Made by a program: the position numbers and the translations under genes. DNA of 64,000 bases, from the NCBI RefSeq assembly GCF_988243305.1, contig NZ_OZ547137.1. One strand, given 5' to 3'. The notes under the pieces are model-generated. The model was not told the DNA's origin, searched no databases, and saw only the letters and a list, made by a program, of their open reading frames with translations. Below are positions 30,083-40,368 of the stretch, piece after piece; within the stretch, counting starts at the first letter, position 1, and every line of letters starts with the position of its first letter. This stretch comes from a plasmid.

Positions 30083-31048
30083 TTACGTTGCTCTGACGCG
30101 GGAGGCTCCGTGTTTTGCCCACAACGCAGTGATCACCGGCACGACAATGGCGGTGATCACCACACAGGATGCCACCAGAGTGGTGGCTGCCGGTGCGGCC
30201 TCAGCGAAGTCCGGCGCGATCTCGGCTACCAGCAACGGAGTGGCCACGGCAGCGCCAGCAGTACTCGATGCGGCAATTCCAGCCGTGCCACGGCCCTTAC
30301 CCAGCATGATATCCATGATTATCAGTGGTACGCCTGTGATAACAATGACTGCCAGAGCCATAAGAATACCCAGCAGTCCGGTGTCGATGATGACGCCAAG
30401 ATTAATGGTATTCCCCAACGCAAATGCAAAGAATGGGATCAGACTTTTGGTGGCCCTGGAAAACAATTCCCGAAGTTCGGGATCAAGATTACCCAGCAAA
30501 AAACCCACCAGAAAGGGGATCAGGACGCCGGCGAGGTGTTCAGGTTCGAACGTTGCCTGCCCGGCGGCCCCCAGAATAATCATCGTCATCAGGGGGCCGG
30601 ACTCAAGCGAGATAAGTACAGAAGCACCGGCTTCTTCTTTTGTGCCGTACTCCTGCATCAGGGAAGCATAAAGCCCGGCATTGGTCATATCCATCGCCGC
30701 AACAATCGCCAGAACAGATAAACCGGCAAAGAAACCTGTTTTTACCATTCCCCCTTCCGGTAGGAGCTGGGCAAAAACAAAGGCACAGACCCAGGCAGTG
30801 GCGATTTTTGTGGCTACCAGTGTGCCAGACTTTTTGAGAACGGTCCCGGTTGCACTGATTTTAATGGAGGCGCCCATACAGAACAGCCAGACAGCGAGGA
30901 TGGGGACCACGCCGGTGATCATGCCATTAGTAAATGAACCAAAGTATTTGCCGGTACCTGGCCAGAAGGTATGCAGTACCGCCCCCAGAAACAGGGGGAC
31001 CAGCATCATTCCTCCCGGAATTTTTTCAACTGTTTTTTTGATATTCAT
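30083..31048 (-). CDS. kdgT: 2-keto-3-deoxygluconate permease (KdgT family)
   Basis: 321 aa polytopic protein beginning [24 protein letters not shown], KdgT-like as recalled. Confidence 0.75.
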   Translation of the reverse strand: MNIKKTVEKIPGGMMLVPLFLGAVLHTFWPGTGKYFGSFTNGMITGVVPILAVWLFCMGASIKISATGTVLKKSGTLVATKIATAWVCAFVFAQLLPEGGMVKTGFFAGLSVLAIVAAMDMTNAGLYASLMQEYGTKEEAGASVLISLESGPLMTMIILGAAGQATFEPEHLAGVLIPFLVGFLLGNLDPELRELFSRATKSLIPFFAFALGNTINLGVIIDTGLLGILMALAVIVITGVPLIIMDIMLGKGRGTAGIAASSTAGAAVATPLLVAEIAPDFAEAAPAATTLVASCVVITAIVVPVITALWAKHGASRVRAT

Positions 31049-31080
31049 TATCGTCCCTTTTTAATGTCAGATACGGCCAG

Positions 31081-31461
31081 TCAGAGCACCATGATGGCTT
31101 CAATTTCAATAACAGCCCCCTGCGGCAGGGCGGCGATACCCAACGTAGCCCTGGCGGGGTACGGTGTCGAAAAGTATTCCGACATAATGGCGTTAAATCG
31201 CGGGAACATGTTCACGTCGGTCAGATAGGCATTCAGCTTCACAATATCCCTATCACTCCCTCCTGCGGCCTCTGCCACCGACAGCAAATTTTTAAACGCC
31301 TGACGGGCCTGTTCATCGAAATCTGTTGAGACCACTTGCATGGTATGCGGGTCAAAACCGACCTGACCGGCGAGATAAATGGTTTCCCCGGCTTTCACCG
31401 CCTGAGATAATGCCCCACCGGGGGCAGGAGCCCCGGTGGTATAAATGATGTCTTTTTTCAT
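31081..31461 (-). CDS. RidA/YjgF-family deaminase
   Basis: 126 aa with the conserved RidA C-terminal pattern (ARATLGIAALPQGAVIEIEAI). Confidence 0.8.
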   Translation of the reverse strand: MKKDIIYTTGAPAPGGALSQAVKAGETIYLAGQVGFDPHTMQVVSTDFDEQARQAFKNLLSVAEAAGGSDRDIVKLNAYLTDVNMFPRFNAIMSEYFSTPYPARATLGIAALPQGAVIEIEAIMVL

Positions 31462-31485
31462 GATGTGCCTCCTGTCCTTTTGCGG

Positions 31486-32376
31486 TTACAGACCGAACAA
31501 TTTGTCTAGGCAGTCTGCCTGGTCGGCTGTTAACTGGCCGTTATGATTCCGTGAGACCGGCGTCATGTAGCCATACTTTCTGGAAATGGCGGTTTTGATC
31601 GTACTGACAAAATCATCACCAATGGCATATATCCCGGAAAGTCGCCCAATTTCTTTGTGTAATCCGGCGACTTCATTGAGGTCGCCGGCCCGATAGGCCC
31701 GCATAATTTGGGCAAAAAGCTCCGGCACCACATTATTCAGTCCGGAAAGAACTCCGGCGCCTCCGTTCATCAGATTGGGTACAAAGTACTCATCAAAACC
31801 GGCGAATACGGCAAAATCTTTTCTCAGCGGTGTGACCGCGTTGACGATGGCCCGGGTGTGAGACGCACAGTCCACAGTATCTTTGATGCCAATAAACCGC
31901 GGGCAGCTTTCCGCCAGCATTCTGACAAGGTGAGCATCCACATCACATCCGGTTCTGGCCGGGAAGTTATAGATAAACCAGTCACCGGCAAGTTTACGGT
32001 CAAGACTGCGGAAATAGCTAAGTAACTGACGGGATGTCTGGGCGTAGTAATACTGTGGCAGTACCATTACTGCGTCATAGCCACTGTCATAGGCGGCATC
32101 AGCCAGATAAAGCATGTCCTCTTCAACGGTAGATGAAATATGGGCAATCAAAGGGAGGTCACTCATTTTCCGGGCTTCCAGGATGAGCATTGCCCGTTCG
32201 CGGACGCTCATTGTGGCAAATTCCCCGATGGTACCTGATAGCAGAATGCCGTTGATGCCGGAATCAGAAAGGCGTGCCATATGTTTTTCCAGCCCCGTGA
32301 GGTCTATCTGACCGCTGTCATCCAGAGGAATGACGGAAGGGCAGACTGCCCCTGAAAACTTCATTGTCTGATTCAT
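31486..32376 (-). CDS. DapA-family (dihydrodipicolinate-synthase-like) lyase/aldolase
   Basis: 296 aa class I aldolase DapA-like pattern; specific substrate not assignable. Confidence 0.7.
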   Translation of the reverse strand: MNQTMKFSGAVCPSVIPLDDSGQIDLTGLEKHMARLSDSGINGILLSGTIGEFATMSVRERAMLILEARKMSDLPLIAHISSTVEEDMLYLADAAYDSGYDAVMVLPQYYYAQTSRQLLSYFRSLDRKLAGDWFIYNFPARTGCDVDAHLVRMLAESCPRFIGIKDTVDCASHTRAIVNAVTPLRKDFAVFAGFDEYFVPNLMNGGAGVLSGLNNVVPELFAQIMRAYRAGDLNEVAGLHKEIGRLSGIYAIGDDFVSTIKTAISRKYGYMTPVSRNHNGQLTADQADCLDKLFGL

Positions 32377-32460
32377 ATTATTTGTTCCTTTTGCGTGGTA
32401 TCAGCGTCATGCCTGCTGATACCCGCCCCGGCCTTTACGGAAGAAGGATGGATATCAGTA

Positions 32461-32510
32461 GTCCAAACACCAATATAGTGATTTAGTAATCACTATATTG
32501 GTGTTTGGAC
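32461..32510. repeat. Perfect palindrome (23-bp arms, 4-bp spacer)
   Basis: gtccaaacaccaatatagtgatt tagt aatcactatattggtgtttggac, upstream of the DapA-family gene. Confidence 0.9.
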
Positions 32511-32794
32511 TGACTGGGAAATCATCTTTATAAGAACTGTGCGTGAGTTCAAGAATTCATTCGTGTCGTTCCGGTGAACTCATATTGACAGGTCAATTGG
32601 CAACTGCGTCAGGTTACCAAGGGAAGCGGTTGAGCGTCTTTATAGCGACGATCGGCACGCAAGGTCATCATAAATGCCAGGGCGGATGCTCTGCCGGATG
32701 GCGTTAGCAGGACATTTTTTTCAGCCAAGCGCGCTGCTGCGGCCATTGCGACGCCTGCATCAGCGGCAACCAGATCAACTGTCTGGAAGGCTCG

Positions 32795-33295
32795 GTGCCG
32801 ACCATTCTCAACCGCGGCGGCTTCGCCAATAAGCTGCGTGCCGACTGGCAGTGGGTGATCGGCATCGGCGGCCTCGGCCATATCGCCATTAAGCTGCTGC
32901 GGGCGATGGGCGCCGATCGCGTAGTCAATAGCCGCGATCCTGAAGCCTTAAAAGTGCTGGCCGGGCAGTTTGACCTGAGCATCAACACCGTGGCGGTGGA
33001 TCTTGACTGGCAGCCGTACTTCGAAGCCCTGTCCTAGGGCGGCAACTTCCACACCGTCGACGCGGTGATGAAGCCGTTCCCGGTACCGGCCTTTACCCTT
33101 ATCGGCGACGACTGCAGCATCTCCGGCTCGGCGATCGGTAACCCATCCGAACTGCGCACGCTGAGGAAGTTCGCCGGACGCAGCAAAGTGGCTCCGACCA
33201 CCGAGCTGTTCCCGATGTCGCAAATTAACGAAGCGTTGAAACACGTTCGCGAAGGCAAAGCCCGCTACCGCGCGGTGCTGAAAGCCGACTTATGA
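32795..33295 (+). pseudogene. Zinc-type alcohol dehydrogenase (MDR family) remnant with an in-frame amber stop
   Basis: [13 protein letters not shown]ossmann motif and ADH-like C-terminus; TAG at 33035..33037 in frame between the two ORFs; N-terminal half absent. Confidence 0.6.
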
Positions 33296-33425
33296 TGGTT
33301 CTCCTCCACCGGGCGGCCCGCTCGCCCGGCGTTTTCCCCGTTGCTTCATCAAACCATCGTTTCCCCGTCATGCCTCTGTAATCATAGCTTCCCACAATTA
33401 GGGCTTCGATAAATGGCTGAACGAG

Positions 33426-34304
33426 ATGTGCGTAACCATGAGAAAGACCTGGCTTCCCTGGCTGATCCTGTCGCCTTCCCTGCTGTTTTTACTGCTGTTT
33501 ACCTGGTTTCCGCTGGGGCGTTCGGTGTATGACAGCCTGTTTGATACCCGCATGGCCAACGCGCAATACGTCGGGCTGGATAACTTTGCCCGCCTGTTTG
33601 CCGATAACGTCTTCTGGCAGTCGCTGGGCAATAACCTACTCTATATCCTGCTGACGGTGATGCCCGGGGTGACGCTCGCCCTGCTGCTGGCGGTCGCCCT
33701 GAGCGAGAACCATCGCGTCAACCGTTGGCTGCGCACCGCCTTCTTCTTCCCGATGATTATCCCGATGGTCAGCGCCGCTGCACTGTGGCTGTTTATCTTT
33801 ATGCCCGGCCTCGGCCTGCTCGACCACTATCTGGCAAAGCTGTTCGGGCCGATGAACAACAACTGGCTGGGGCGCAGCAACAGCGCGCTGCTGGCCCTGG
33901 CGCTGATCGGCGTGTGGAAGTTCGCCGGCTACTACATGCTGTTTTTCCTCGCCGGGTTGCAGAGCATTCCGGCCTCGACGCGGGAAGCGGCGCTGATGGA
34001 GGGGGCTACCCGCACGCAGGTCTTTTTTAAGGTCACGCTACCGCTGCTGCGCCCGACGCTGAGCTTTGTGATCACCACCGCGCTGATCTACTCCATCACC
34101 CAGATTGACCACGTGGCGGTGATGACTCGCGGCGGGCCGGATAACGCCACCACCGTGCTGCTCTATTACATCCAGAATCTCACCTGGGATACCCACGACC
34201 TTGGTAAAGCCTCCGCAGCCACCTTCCTGACCCTGGCCGGACTGTTCGCCTTCTCGCTGATTAACCTGAAACTGCTGGAGAAAGGAGCCCACTATGAGCG
34301 CTGA
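33426..34304 (+). CDS. ABC transporter permease (UgpA/MalF-like)
   Basis: 292 aa membrane protein with the permease EAA-type region; GC-rich. Confidence 0.8.
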   Translation: MCVTMRKTWLPWLILSPSLLFLLLFTWFPLGRSVYDSLFDTRMANAQYVGLDNFARLFADNVFWQSLGNNLLYILLTVMPGVTLALLLAVALSENHRVNRWLRTAFFFPMIIPMVSAAALWLFIFMPGLGLLDHYLAKLFGPMNNNWLGRSNSALLALALIGVWKFAGYYMLFFLAGLQSIPASTREAALMEGATRTQVFFKVTLPLLRPTLSFVITTALIYSITQIDHVAVMTRGGPDNATTVLLYYIQNLTWDTHDLGKASAATFLTLAGLFAFSLINLKLLEKGAHYER

Positions 34305-35181
34305 CATCTCGCCGCTGCTGGTCCACACACCCGCCGCTGCGCGTCCGCTGTGGCTGCGCCTGCGTCGCTCGTCGCCCTTTACGCTCACAGTATTAATGTG
34401 CTGCCTGGCGCTGCTGTGGGTCAGCCCGTTTATCTGGATGCTGACCACCTCATTCAGCGCAACTACCTTCGGCGACGATATGGCCTCGCTGCTGCCGCGC
34501 CTGCCGCTGACTCTCGATAACTTCCGCGACGCCTGGAACAGCGCCGACTGGCTGAGCCTGTACGCCAACACAATTATCTTCACCTTCGGCACCTTCTTCG
34601 TGCAGCTGTTGACCATCACCACCGCCGGCTACGTCTTTGCCTGTCACGAGTTTCGCGGCAAGCAGACGCTGTTTCTCCTGTTCCTGGTGCAGCTGATGAT
34701 CATGCCGGTAGTGATGATGGTGCCGAACATGCTGACCCTGAAAACCTTCGGTCTGCTCAACACCCTCATCGGGGTGATGATGCCCTACTTCACCTCGGCG
34801 TTCGGCGTATTCCTAATGCGTAAGGCGTTCCTCGCCATTCCGAAAGAGCTGGAGGAGGCGGCGCTGATGGAGGGCTGCAGCTGGTGGCAGGTGCTGTTCC
34901 GCGTGCTGCTGCCGATGTCCTGGCCGTCGGTGCTGGCCTTCGCTACCGTCAGCATTACCTACCACTGGAACGAGTACCTGTGGCCGCTGATGATGCTCAA
35001 CGATCCCGATAAGCAGGTGCTGACCGTCGGGCTGGTCTCTTTCGCCATGGGCGCCGAATCCGGTGGCCAGTGGGGCACCATCGGCGCCGGGACGCTGATG
35101 GTCTGCCTGCCGCTGATGCTGGCGTTTATCCTTTTTCAGAAACAGTTCCTGCGGAGCTTCGGCTTCTCCGGGATCAAATAA
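34294..35181 (+). CDS. ABC transporter permease (UgpE/MalG-like)
   Basis: 295 aa; EAA-type motif (KELEEAALMEGCS). Confidence 0.8.
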   Translation: MSADISPLLVHTPAAARPLWLRLRRSSPFTLTVLMCCLALLWVSPFIWMLTTSFSATTFGDDMASLLPRLPLTLDNFRDAWNSADWLSLYANTIIFTFGTFFVQLLTITTAGYVFACHEFRGKQTLFLLFLVQLMIMPVVMMVPNMLTLKTFGLLNTLIGVMMPYFTSAFGVFLMRKAFLAIPKELEEAALMEGCSWWQVLFRVLLPMSWPSVLAFATVSITYHWNEYLWPLMMLNDPDKQVLTVGLVSFAMGAESGGQWGTIGAGTLMVCLPLMLAFILFQKQFLRSFGFSGIK

Positions 35182-35191
35182 GGAGTGATTC

Positions 35192-36016
35192 ATGCTGTTA
35201 GCACACATTTCCGATACCCATTTTCGCAGCCGCGGCGAGAAGCTGTATGGCTTTATCGACGTCAATGCCGCCAACGCCGACGTGGTCTCCCAGCTTAACG
35301 CACTGCGCGAGCGCCCGGACGCGGTGGTGGTGAGCGGGGATATCGTCAACTGCGGCCGCCCGGAGGAGTATCAGGTGGCCCGCCAGATCCTCGGCAGCCT
35401 GAACTATCCGCTGTATCTGATCCCCGGCAACCACGACGACAAAGCCCATTTTCTCGAACATCTTCACCCGCTGTGCCCGCAGCTGGGCAACGATCCGCAA
35501 AATATGCGCTATGTGGTGGATGACTTCGCCACCCGCCTGCTGTTTATCGACTCCAGTCATGCCGGCACGTCAAAAGGCTGGCTGACCGACGAGACCATCG
35601 GCTGGCTGGAAGCCCAGCTGTTCGAGGGCGGCGACAAACCGGCAACGATCTTTATGCACCACCCGCCGCTGCCGCTGGGCAATGCGCAGATGGATCCTAT
35701 TGCCTGCGAAAATGGCCACCGTCTGCTGGAGTTGGTGGAGCGTTTTCCGTCGCTGACGCGCATCTTCTGCGGCCATAACCACAGCCTGACCATAACCCAG
35801 TATCTCCAGGCGCTGATCTCCACCATTCCTGGCACCGTCCATCAGGTGCCGTACTGCCACGAAGATACCCGGTCCTATTACGATCTCTCCCCGGCCTCGT
35901 GCCTGATGCACCGTCAGGTCGGCGAGCAGTGGGTGAGCTACCAGCACTCGCTGGCCCACCACGCCGGACCGTGGCTGTACGACGAAAACATCAGTTGCCC
36001 AACGGAAGAGCGCTAA
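35192..36016 (+). CDS. gpdQ: Glycerophosphodiester phosphodiesterase GpdQ (metallophosphoesterase)
   Basis: 274 aa, [32 protein letters not shown]..., near-identical to Enterobacter/Klebsiella aerogenes GpdQ as recalled. Confidence 0.8.
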   Translation: MLLAHISDTHFRSRGEKLYGFIDVNAANADVVSQLNALRERPDAVVVSGDIVNCGRPEEYQVARQILGSLNYPLYLIPGNHDDKAHFLEHLHPLCPQLGNDPQNMRYVVDDFATRLLFIDSSHAGTSKGWLTDETIGWLEAQLFEGGDKPATIFMHHPPLPLGNAQMDPIACENGHRLLELVERFPSLTRIFCGHNHSLTITQYLQALISTIPGTVHQVPYCHEDTRSYYDLSPASCLMHRQVGEQWVSYQHSLAHHAGPWLYDENISCPTEER

Positions 36017-36021
36017 CTGCC

Positions 36022-37095
36022 ATGCTCAGTCTGCAAAACATCAGTAAACGTTTCGACGGCAAACCGGCGCTCAGCGCCCTGTCGCTGGATATCCACGAAG
36101 GCGAATTCGTGGTGCTGGTCGGCCCGTCGGGCTGCGGGAAAAGCACCCTGCTACGCCTGCTCGCCGGGCTGGAACCGGTCAGCGAAGGCCAAATCTGGCT
36201 GCATGATGAGAACATCACCGCCACCACGCCGCGCGATCGCAACTTCGCGATGATCTTCCAGAACTATGCCCTGTTTCCGCATCTGTCGGTGCGCGACAAC
36301 ATCACCTTCGGCATGAAGGTGCGCAAGGAAGAGAAAAGCAGCTGGCAGCCGCGAGTGGATAAAGTGGCGCAGATGCTGCAGCTGGAGGCGCTGCTCGACT
36401 GCAAACCGGCGAAGCTCTCCGGCGGCCAGCGCCAGCGGGTGGCGATGGCCCGGGCGATTGTGCGTAATCCGCGGCTGTTCCTGATGGACGAGCCGCTCTG
36501 CAACCTCGACGCCCGCCTGCGCAGCGAAGTGCGCGACAGCATTATGGCCCTCCATCAGCAGCTGAAAACCAGCACCATCTATGTGACCCACGATCAGACC
36601 GAGGCGATGTCGATGGCCGACCGCATCGTGGTGATGAACGGCGGCCACGTGCAGCAGGTCGGGCACCCGGAGTATCTGTACGCCAACCCGGCCAACCTGT
36701 TCGTCGCTGGGTTTATCGGTTCGCCGGCGATGAACCTCCTGTCGCTGCCCTGCGCCAACGGTGAAGTACTGTTGGGAGAACAGCGCCATCCGCTGCCGCC
36801 GCGCCACCGGGATCAGACCCGCGTCTGGCTGGGCGTTCGCCCGGAACATATTACCGACCACGTGGAGGAGGACCATCTGCGCCTGCCGGCCACCGTTCTG
36901 CAACGAGAACTGATGGGAGCCGATTATCTGCTCCACGTCAGCACCCCGATCGGCACCCTGCGCTTTAGCCGCCGCAACCGCGGCAAGGTGCCGGAGAAAG
37001 ACGAGTCGCTACCGATCGGCTTCTCGCCTGCCGATGTGCATCTTTTTCATGCTGAGACCCAGCATAATTTACAGATGGAGACAGATCATGTTTAA
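36022..37095 (+). CDS. ABC transporter ATP-binding protein (UgpC/MalK-like)
   Basis: Walker A GPSGCGKST, signature LSGGQRQRV, Walker B LFLMDEP; start at the internal Met. Confidence 0.85.
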   Translation: MLSLQNISKRFDGKPALSALSLDIHEGEFVVLVGPSGCGKSTLLRLLAGLEPVSEGQIWLHDENITATTPRDRNFAMIFQNYALFPHLSVRDNITFGMKVRKEEKSSWQPRVDKVAQMLQLEALLDCKPAKLSGGQRQRVAMARAIVRNPRLFLMDEPLCNLDARLRSEVRDSIMALHQQLKTSTIYVTHDQTEAMSMADRIVVMNGGHVQQVGHPEYLYANPANLFVAGFIGSPAMNLLSLPCANGEVLLGEQRHPLPPRHRDQTRVWLGVRPEHITDHVEEDHLRLPATVLQRELMGADYLLHVSTPIGTLRFSRRNRGKVPEKDESLPIGFSPADVHLFHAETQHNLQMETDHV

Positions 37096-38398
37096 ACCCC
37101 TCACCGCCCTGACGGTTGGGCTCAGCCTTGCCCTGAGCGGCGCGGCGCTGGCGAAAGAGAAAATAGACTTTATGTTCCCGGCGCCGGTGGACGGCAAGCT
37201 GACCATGGAGATGACCCGCGTCATTAAGCAATTCAACGACTCGCAGCAGGATGTCGAAGTGCGCGGAATCTTCACCGGCAACTACGACACCACCAAGATC
37301 AAAGCCGAATCGGCGCAGAAGGCCGGCCAGCCACCGGCGCTGGTGATCATGTCCGCCAACTTCACCACCGATCTGGCGCTGAAGGATGAGATCCTGCCGA
37401 TGGATGAGCTGTTTAAATATGGCGATCAAAAGGCCGGCAATTTTCTGCAAACGGAATTCTGGCCCGCGATGCATAAGAACGCCCAGGTGATGGGCACCAC
37501 CTATGCGATCCCGTTCCATAACTCGACGCCGCTCCTCTACTACAACAAGACGATGTTCGATCGGGCCGGGATCCAACAGCCGCCGCAGACCTGGGCCGAG
37601 TTGCTGGCCGATGCCAAAAAGCTGACCGACGAGAGCACAGGCCAGTGGGGGATCATGCTGCCGTCGACCAACGACGACTTCGGCGGCTGGATCTTCTCGG
37701 CGCTGGTGCGCGCCAACGGCGGAAAATACTTTAACGAAGACTATCCGGGCGAGGTCTATTACAACTCGCCGACCACAATCGGCGCCCTGCGCTTCTGGCA
37801 GGATCTGATCTACAAAGACAAGGTGATGCCGTCCGGGGTGCTGAACTCGAAACAGATCAGCGCCGCGTTCTTCTCCGGCAAGCTCGGGATGGCGATGCTC
37901 AGCACCGGCGCGCTGGGCTTTATGCGTGAGAACAGCAAAGACTTTGAGCTTGGGGTAGCTATGCTGCCAGCCAAAGAGCAGCGCGCAGTGCCGATCGGCG
38001 GCGCCAGCCTCGTAAGTTTTAAAGGCATCAGCGAGGCGCAGAAGAAAGCAGCGTATCGGTTCCTGACCTATCTGGTGAGCCCCGAGGTGAACGGCGCATG
38101 GAGCCGCTTCACCGGCTACTTCTCGCCGCGCAAGGCGTCATACGATACGCCAGAGATGAAGGCCTATCTGCAGCAGGATCCGCGGGCGGCGATTGCGCTT
38201 GAGCAACTGAAGTACGCCCATCCATGGTACTCCACCTGGGAGACCGTCGCCGTGCGTAAGGCGATGGAGAACCAGCTGGCGGCGGTGGTCAACGATGCCA
38301 AAGTAAGGCCGGAAGCCGCGGTACAGGCGGCGCAGAAGGAAGCTGACGCGCTAATGAAACCCTATGTGGATAAGACCGCGTTGTCGGAAGTGAAGTGA
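37088..38398 (+). CDS. Extracellular solute-binding protein of the ABC transporter
   Basis: Signal peptide MFKPLTALTVGLSLALSGAALA; about 436 aa; start overlaps the ATPase stop. Confidence 0.8.
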   Translation: MFKPLTALTVGLSLALSGAALAKEKIDFMFPAPVDGKLTMEMTRVIKQFNDSQQDVEVRGIFTGNYDTTKIKAESAQKAGQPPALVIMSANFTTDLALKDEILPMDELFKYGDQKAGNFLQTEFWPAMHKNAQVMGTTYAIPFHNSTPLLYYNKTMFDRAGIQQPPQTWAELLADAKKLTDESTGQWGIMLPSTNDDFGGWIFSALVRANGGKYFNEDYPGEVYYNSPTTIGALRFWQDLIYKDKVMPSGVLNSKQISAAFFSGKLGMAMLSTGALGFMRENSKDFELGVAMLPAKEQRAVPIGGASLVSFKGISEAQKKAAYRFLTYLVSPEVNGAWSRFTGYFSPRKASYDTPEMKAYLQQDPRAAIALEQLKYAHPWYSTWETVAVRKAMENQLAAVVNDAKVRPEAAVQAAQKEADALMKPYVDKTALSEVK

Positions 38399-38445
38399 CG
38401 CGTTACCCGTCATCGTCACCCTCATCCTGGCCCTCTCCCTGAGGG

Positions 38446-38765
38446 CTGTCTCTTGATCAGATCTCCTGATCAAGAGACTTCATCACCAGGTAACCCTCAA
38501 CCATATCCTGAAGTCTGAACCAGCCATCCCACATAACTACCCAACCGGGGCGGCCTGTGCGTTTGCTGTCATACCATCGCCCCAGTTTCGCCAGTTTCAG
38601 ACAGGCCCATTTCAGTGTCGGCGTCTGTGACGGAAGCGGTTTTCCTTCCAGCTTAACCCACAGCAATTTCCACTCTGTCGGCGCCAGTATTTTCTCACAG
38701 CTGTCATTTTGTGTTTCTTCACTGATACCTCCCTGCCGCAGGCCCAGCACCCGTACCGCTATAAA
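38446..38765 (-). mobile_element. IS4-family (IS50-like) terminal fragment: inside-end-like terminus plus transposase C-terminus
   Basis: Terminus ctgtctcttgatcagatct equals the IS50 inside end as recalled; transposase C-terminus ...DSKRTGRPGWVVMWDGWFRLQDMVEGYLVMKSLDQEI parallels the Tn5 Tnp C-terminus; truncated at 38765. Confidence 0.6.
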
Positions 38766-39057
38766 GGGGTTTGGGGAGCAATGGAACAGTAACGCCGTTA
38801 AGAGGTTAATTAAAATAGCCAATTATCTATTAATCAATAAATTATACATCTTCATTGAACGCCCTCAGCTCACCCTTACTGACTGATTCCGGCACTATAA
38901 ATGAATAGCGCCCTTGCATATTAATATGCCCGCACTGTAATGGTGACAGTTTCTCAACGTCTGAATCCAGGACCGGGTACCCCTCACGCCTGAGCTGCTG
39001 AATTGCTGCATCCATGTAAATAGTGTTCCACAGAACAATAATATTGAGCGCCAGACC
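38766..39057 (-). mobile_element. Tn3-family transposon terminal fragment: inverted repeat plus tnpA 3' end
   Basis: ggggtttggggagcaatggaacagtaacgccgttaag (38766..38802) has the Tn3-type GGGG...TAAG form; tnpA C-terminus (LSPLQCGHINMQGRYSF); cut by IS629 at 39058. Confidence 0.6.
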
Positions 39058-39111
39058 TGAACCGCCCCGGAAATCCTGGAGACTAAACTCCCTGAGAAAG
39101 AGGTAAACAGG

Positions 39112-39438
39112 ATGACTAAAAATACTCGTTTTTCCCCCGAAGTCCGTCAACGGGCAGTTCGTATGGTTCTGGAAAGTCAGGGCGAATATGACTCACAATG
39201 GGCGGCAATTTGTTCCATTGCTCCAAAGACTGGCTGTACGCCGGAGACTCTGCGTGTCTGGGTTCGCCAGTATGAGCGGGATACCGGGGGCGGAGATGGA
39301 GGGCTCACCAGTGCTGAACGTCAGCGTCTGAAAGAGCTGGAACGTGAAAATCGTGAACTGCGCCGCAGCAACAATATCCTTCGCCAGGCTTCCGCTTATT
39401 TTGCGAAGGCGGAGTTCGACCGCCTCTGGAAAAAGTGA
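39112..39438 (+). CDS. IS629-like transposase OrfA
   Basis: [35 protein letters not shown]... matches IS629/IS1203 OrfA as recalled. Confidence 0.8.
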   Translation: MTKNTRFSPEVRQRAVRMVLESQGEYDSQWAAICSIAPKTGCTPETLRVWVRQYERDTGGGDGGLTSAERQRLKELERENRELRRSNNILRQASAYFAKAEFDRLWKK

Positions 39439-40326
39439 TGGCACTGCTGGATAAGCTGCGTGAGCAGTACGGGGTCAGACCGGTATGCAGTGAACTGCAT
39501 ATTGCCCCGTCAACGTATTACCACTGTCAGCAACAGAGACATCATCCTGATAAACGCAGTGCACATGCACAGCGCGATGACTGGCTGAAGAGAGAGATAC
39601 AGCGCGTATACGATGAAAATCATCAGGTGTACGGTGTGCGTAAAGTCTGGCGTCAGTTGTTACGGGAAGGAATCAGGGTGGCCAGATGTACAGTGGCGCG
39701 CCTCATGGCGGTTATGGGACTTGCCGGTGTTCTCCGGGGTAAAAAGGTCCGCACTACCGTCAGCCGGAAAACCGTTGCCGCAGGTGACCGCGTAAACCGT
39801 CAGTGCGTGGCAGAACGTCCTGACCAGCTGTGGGTGGCTGATTTTACTTACGTCAGCACATGGCAGGTCTTCGTCTATAGTGGCGTTCATCATTGATGTA
39901 TTTGCCGGATATATCGTGGGATGGTGGGTATCATCGTCCATGGAAACGACATTCGTGCTGGATGCACTGGAGCAGGCGTTGTGGGCCCGTCGTCCGTCCG
40001 GCACCATCCATCACAGCGATAAAGGCTCTCAGTATGTGTCACTGGCCTATACGGAGCGACTAAAAGAAGCAAAACTGCTGGCATCAACAGGGAGTACAGG
40101 CGACTCGTATGACAACGCGATGGCGGAGAGCATCAATGGTCTTTACAAAGCGGAGGTAATACACCGTAAGAGCTGGAAAAAACGTGCAGAAGTGGAACTG
40201 GCCACACTCACGTGGGTGGACTGGTATAACAATCGACGATTGCTGGGAAGGCTGAGGCATACTCCTCCGGCAGAAGCAGAAAAAGCGTATTATGCTTCCA
40301 TCGGAAATGATGAGCTGGCAGCCTGA
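39435..40326 (+). pseudogene. IS629-like transposase OrfB with a 1-bp insertion frameshift
   Basis: Split into ORFs 39435..39896 and 39880..40326; cgtctatagtggcg here versus cgtctatgtggcg in copies 2 and 3. Confidence 0.7.
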
Positions 40327-40368
40327 GTTCACAGATAAAACACTCTCCAGGAAAACCGGGGCGGTTCA

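Larger units (their letters stand above)
39058..40368 (+). mobile_element. IS629-like IS3-family element, copy 1 (full length, orfB frameshifted)
   Basis: Termini tgaaccgccccgg ... ccggggcggttca; 1311 bp; no matching flanking direct repeat. Confidence 0.8.

Noticed and set aside
30056..30837. Plus-strand ORFs of 221, 201 and 65 aa
   Set aside because: Entirely antisense to the kdgT-like permease gene; no protein-like features.
33636..36936. Many minus-strand ORFs (for example 34038..34622, 34813..35349, 35570..35962, 36151..36936)
   Set aside because: All are antisense to the GC-rich gpdQ/ABC operon, where stop codons are rare on the opposite strand; they are Arg/Ala/Gly/His-rich without motifs.
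38842..39150. 102-aa minus ORF as one gene
   Set aside because: It is a chimera: the C-terminal 72 codons are a Tn3-family tnpA tail and the N-terminal part is the antisense strand of the IS629 left end.
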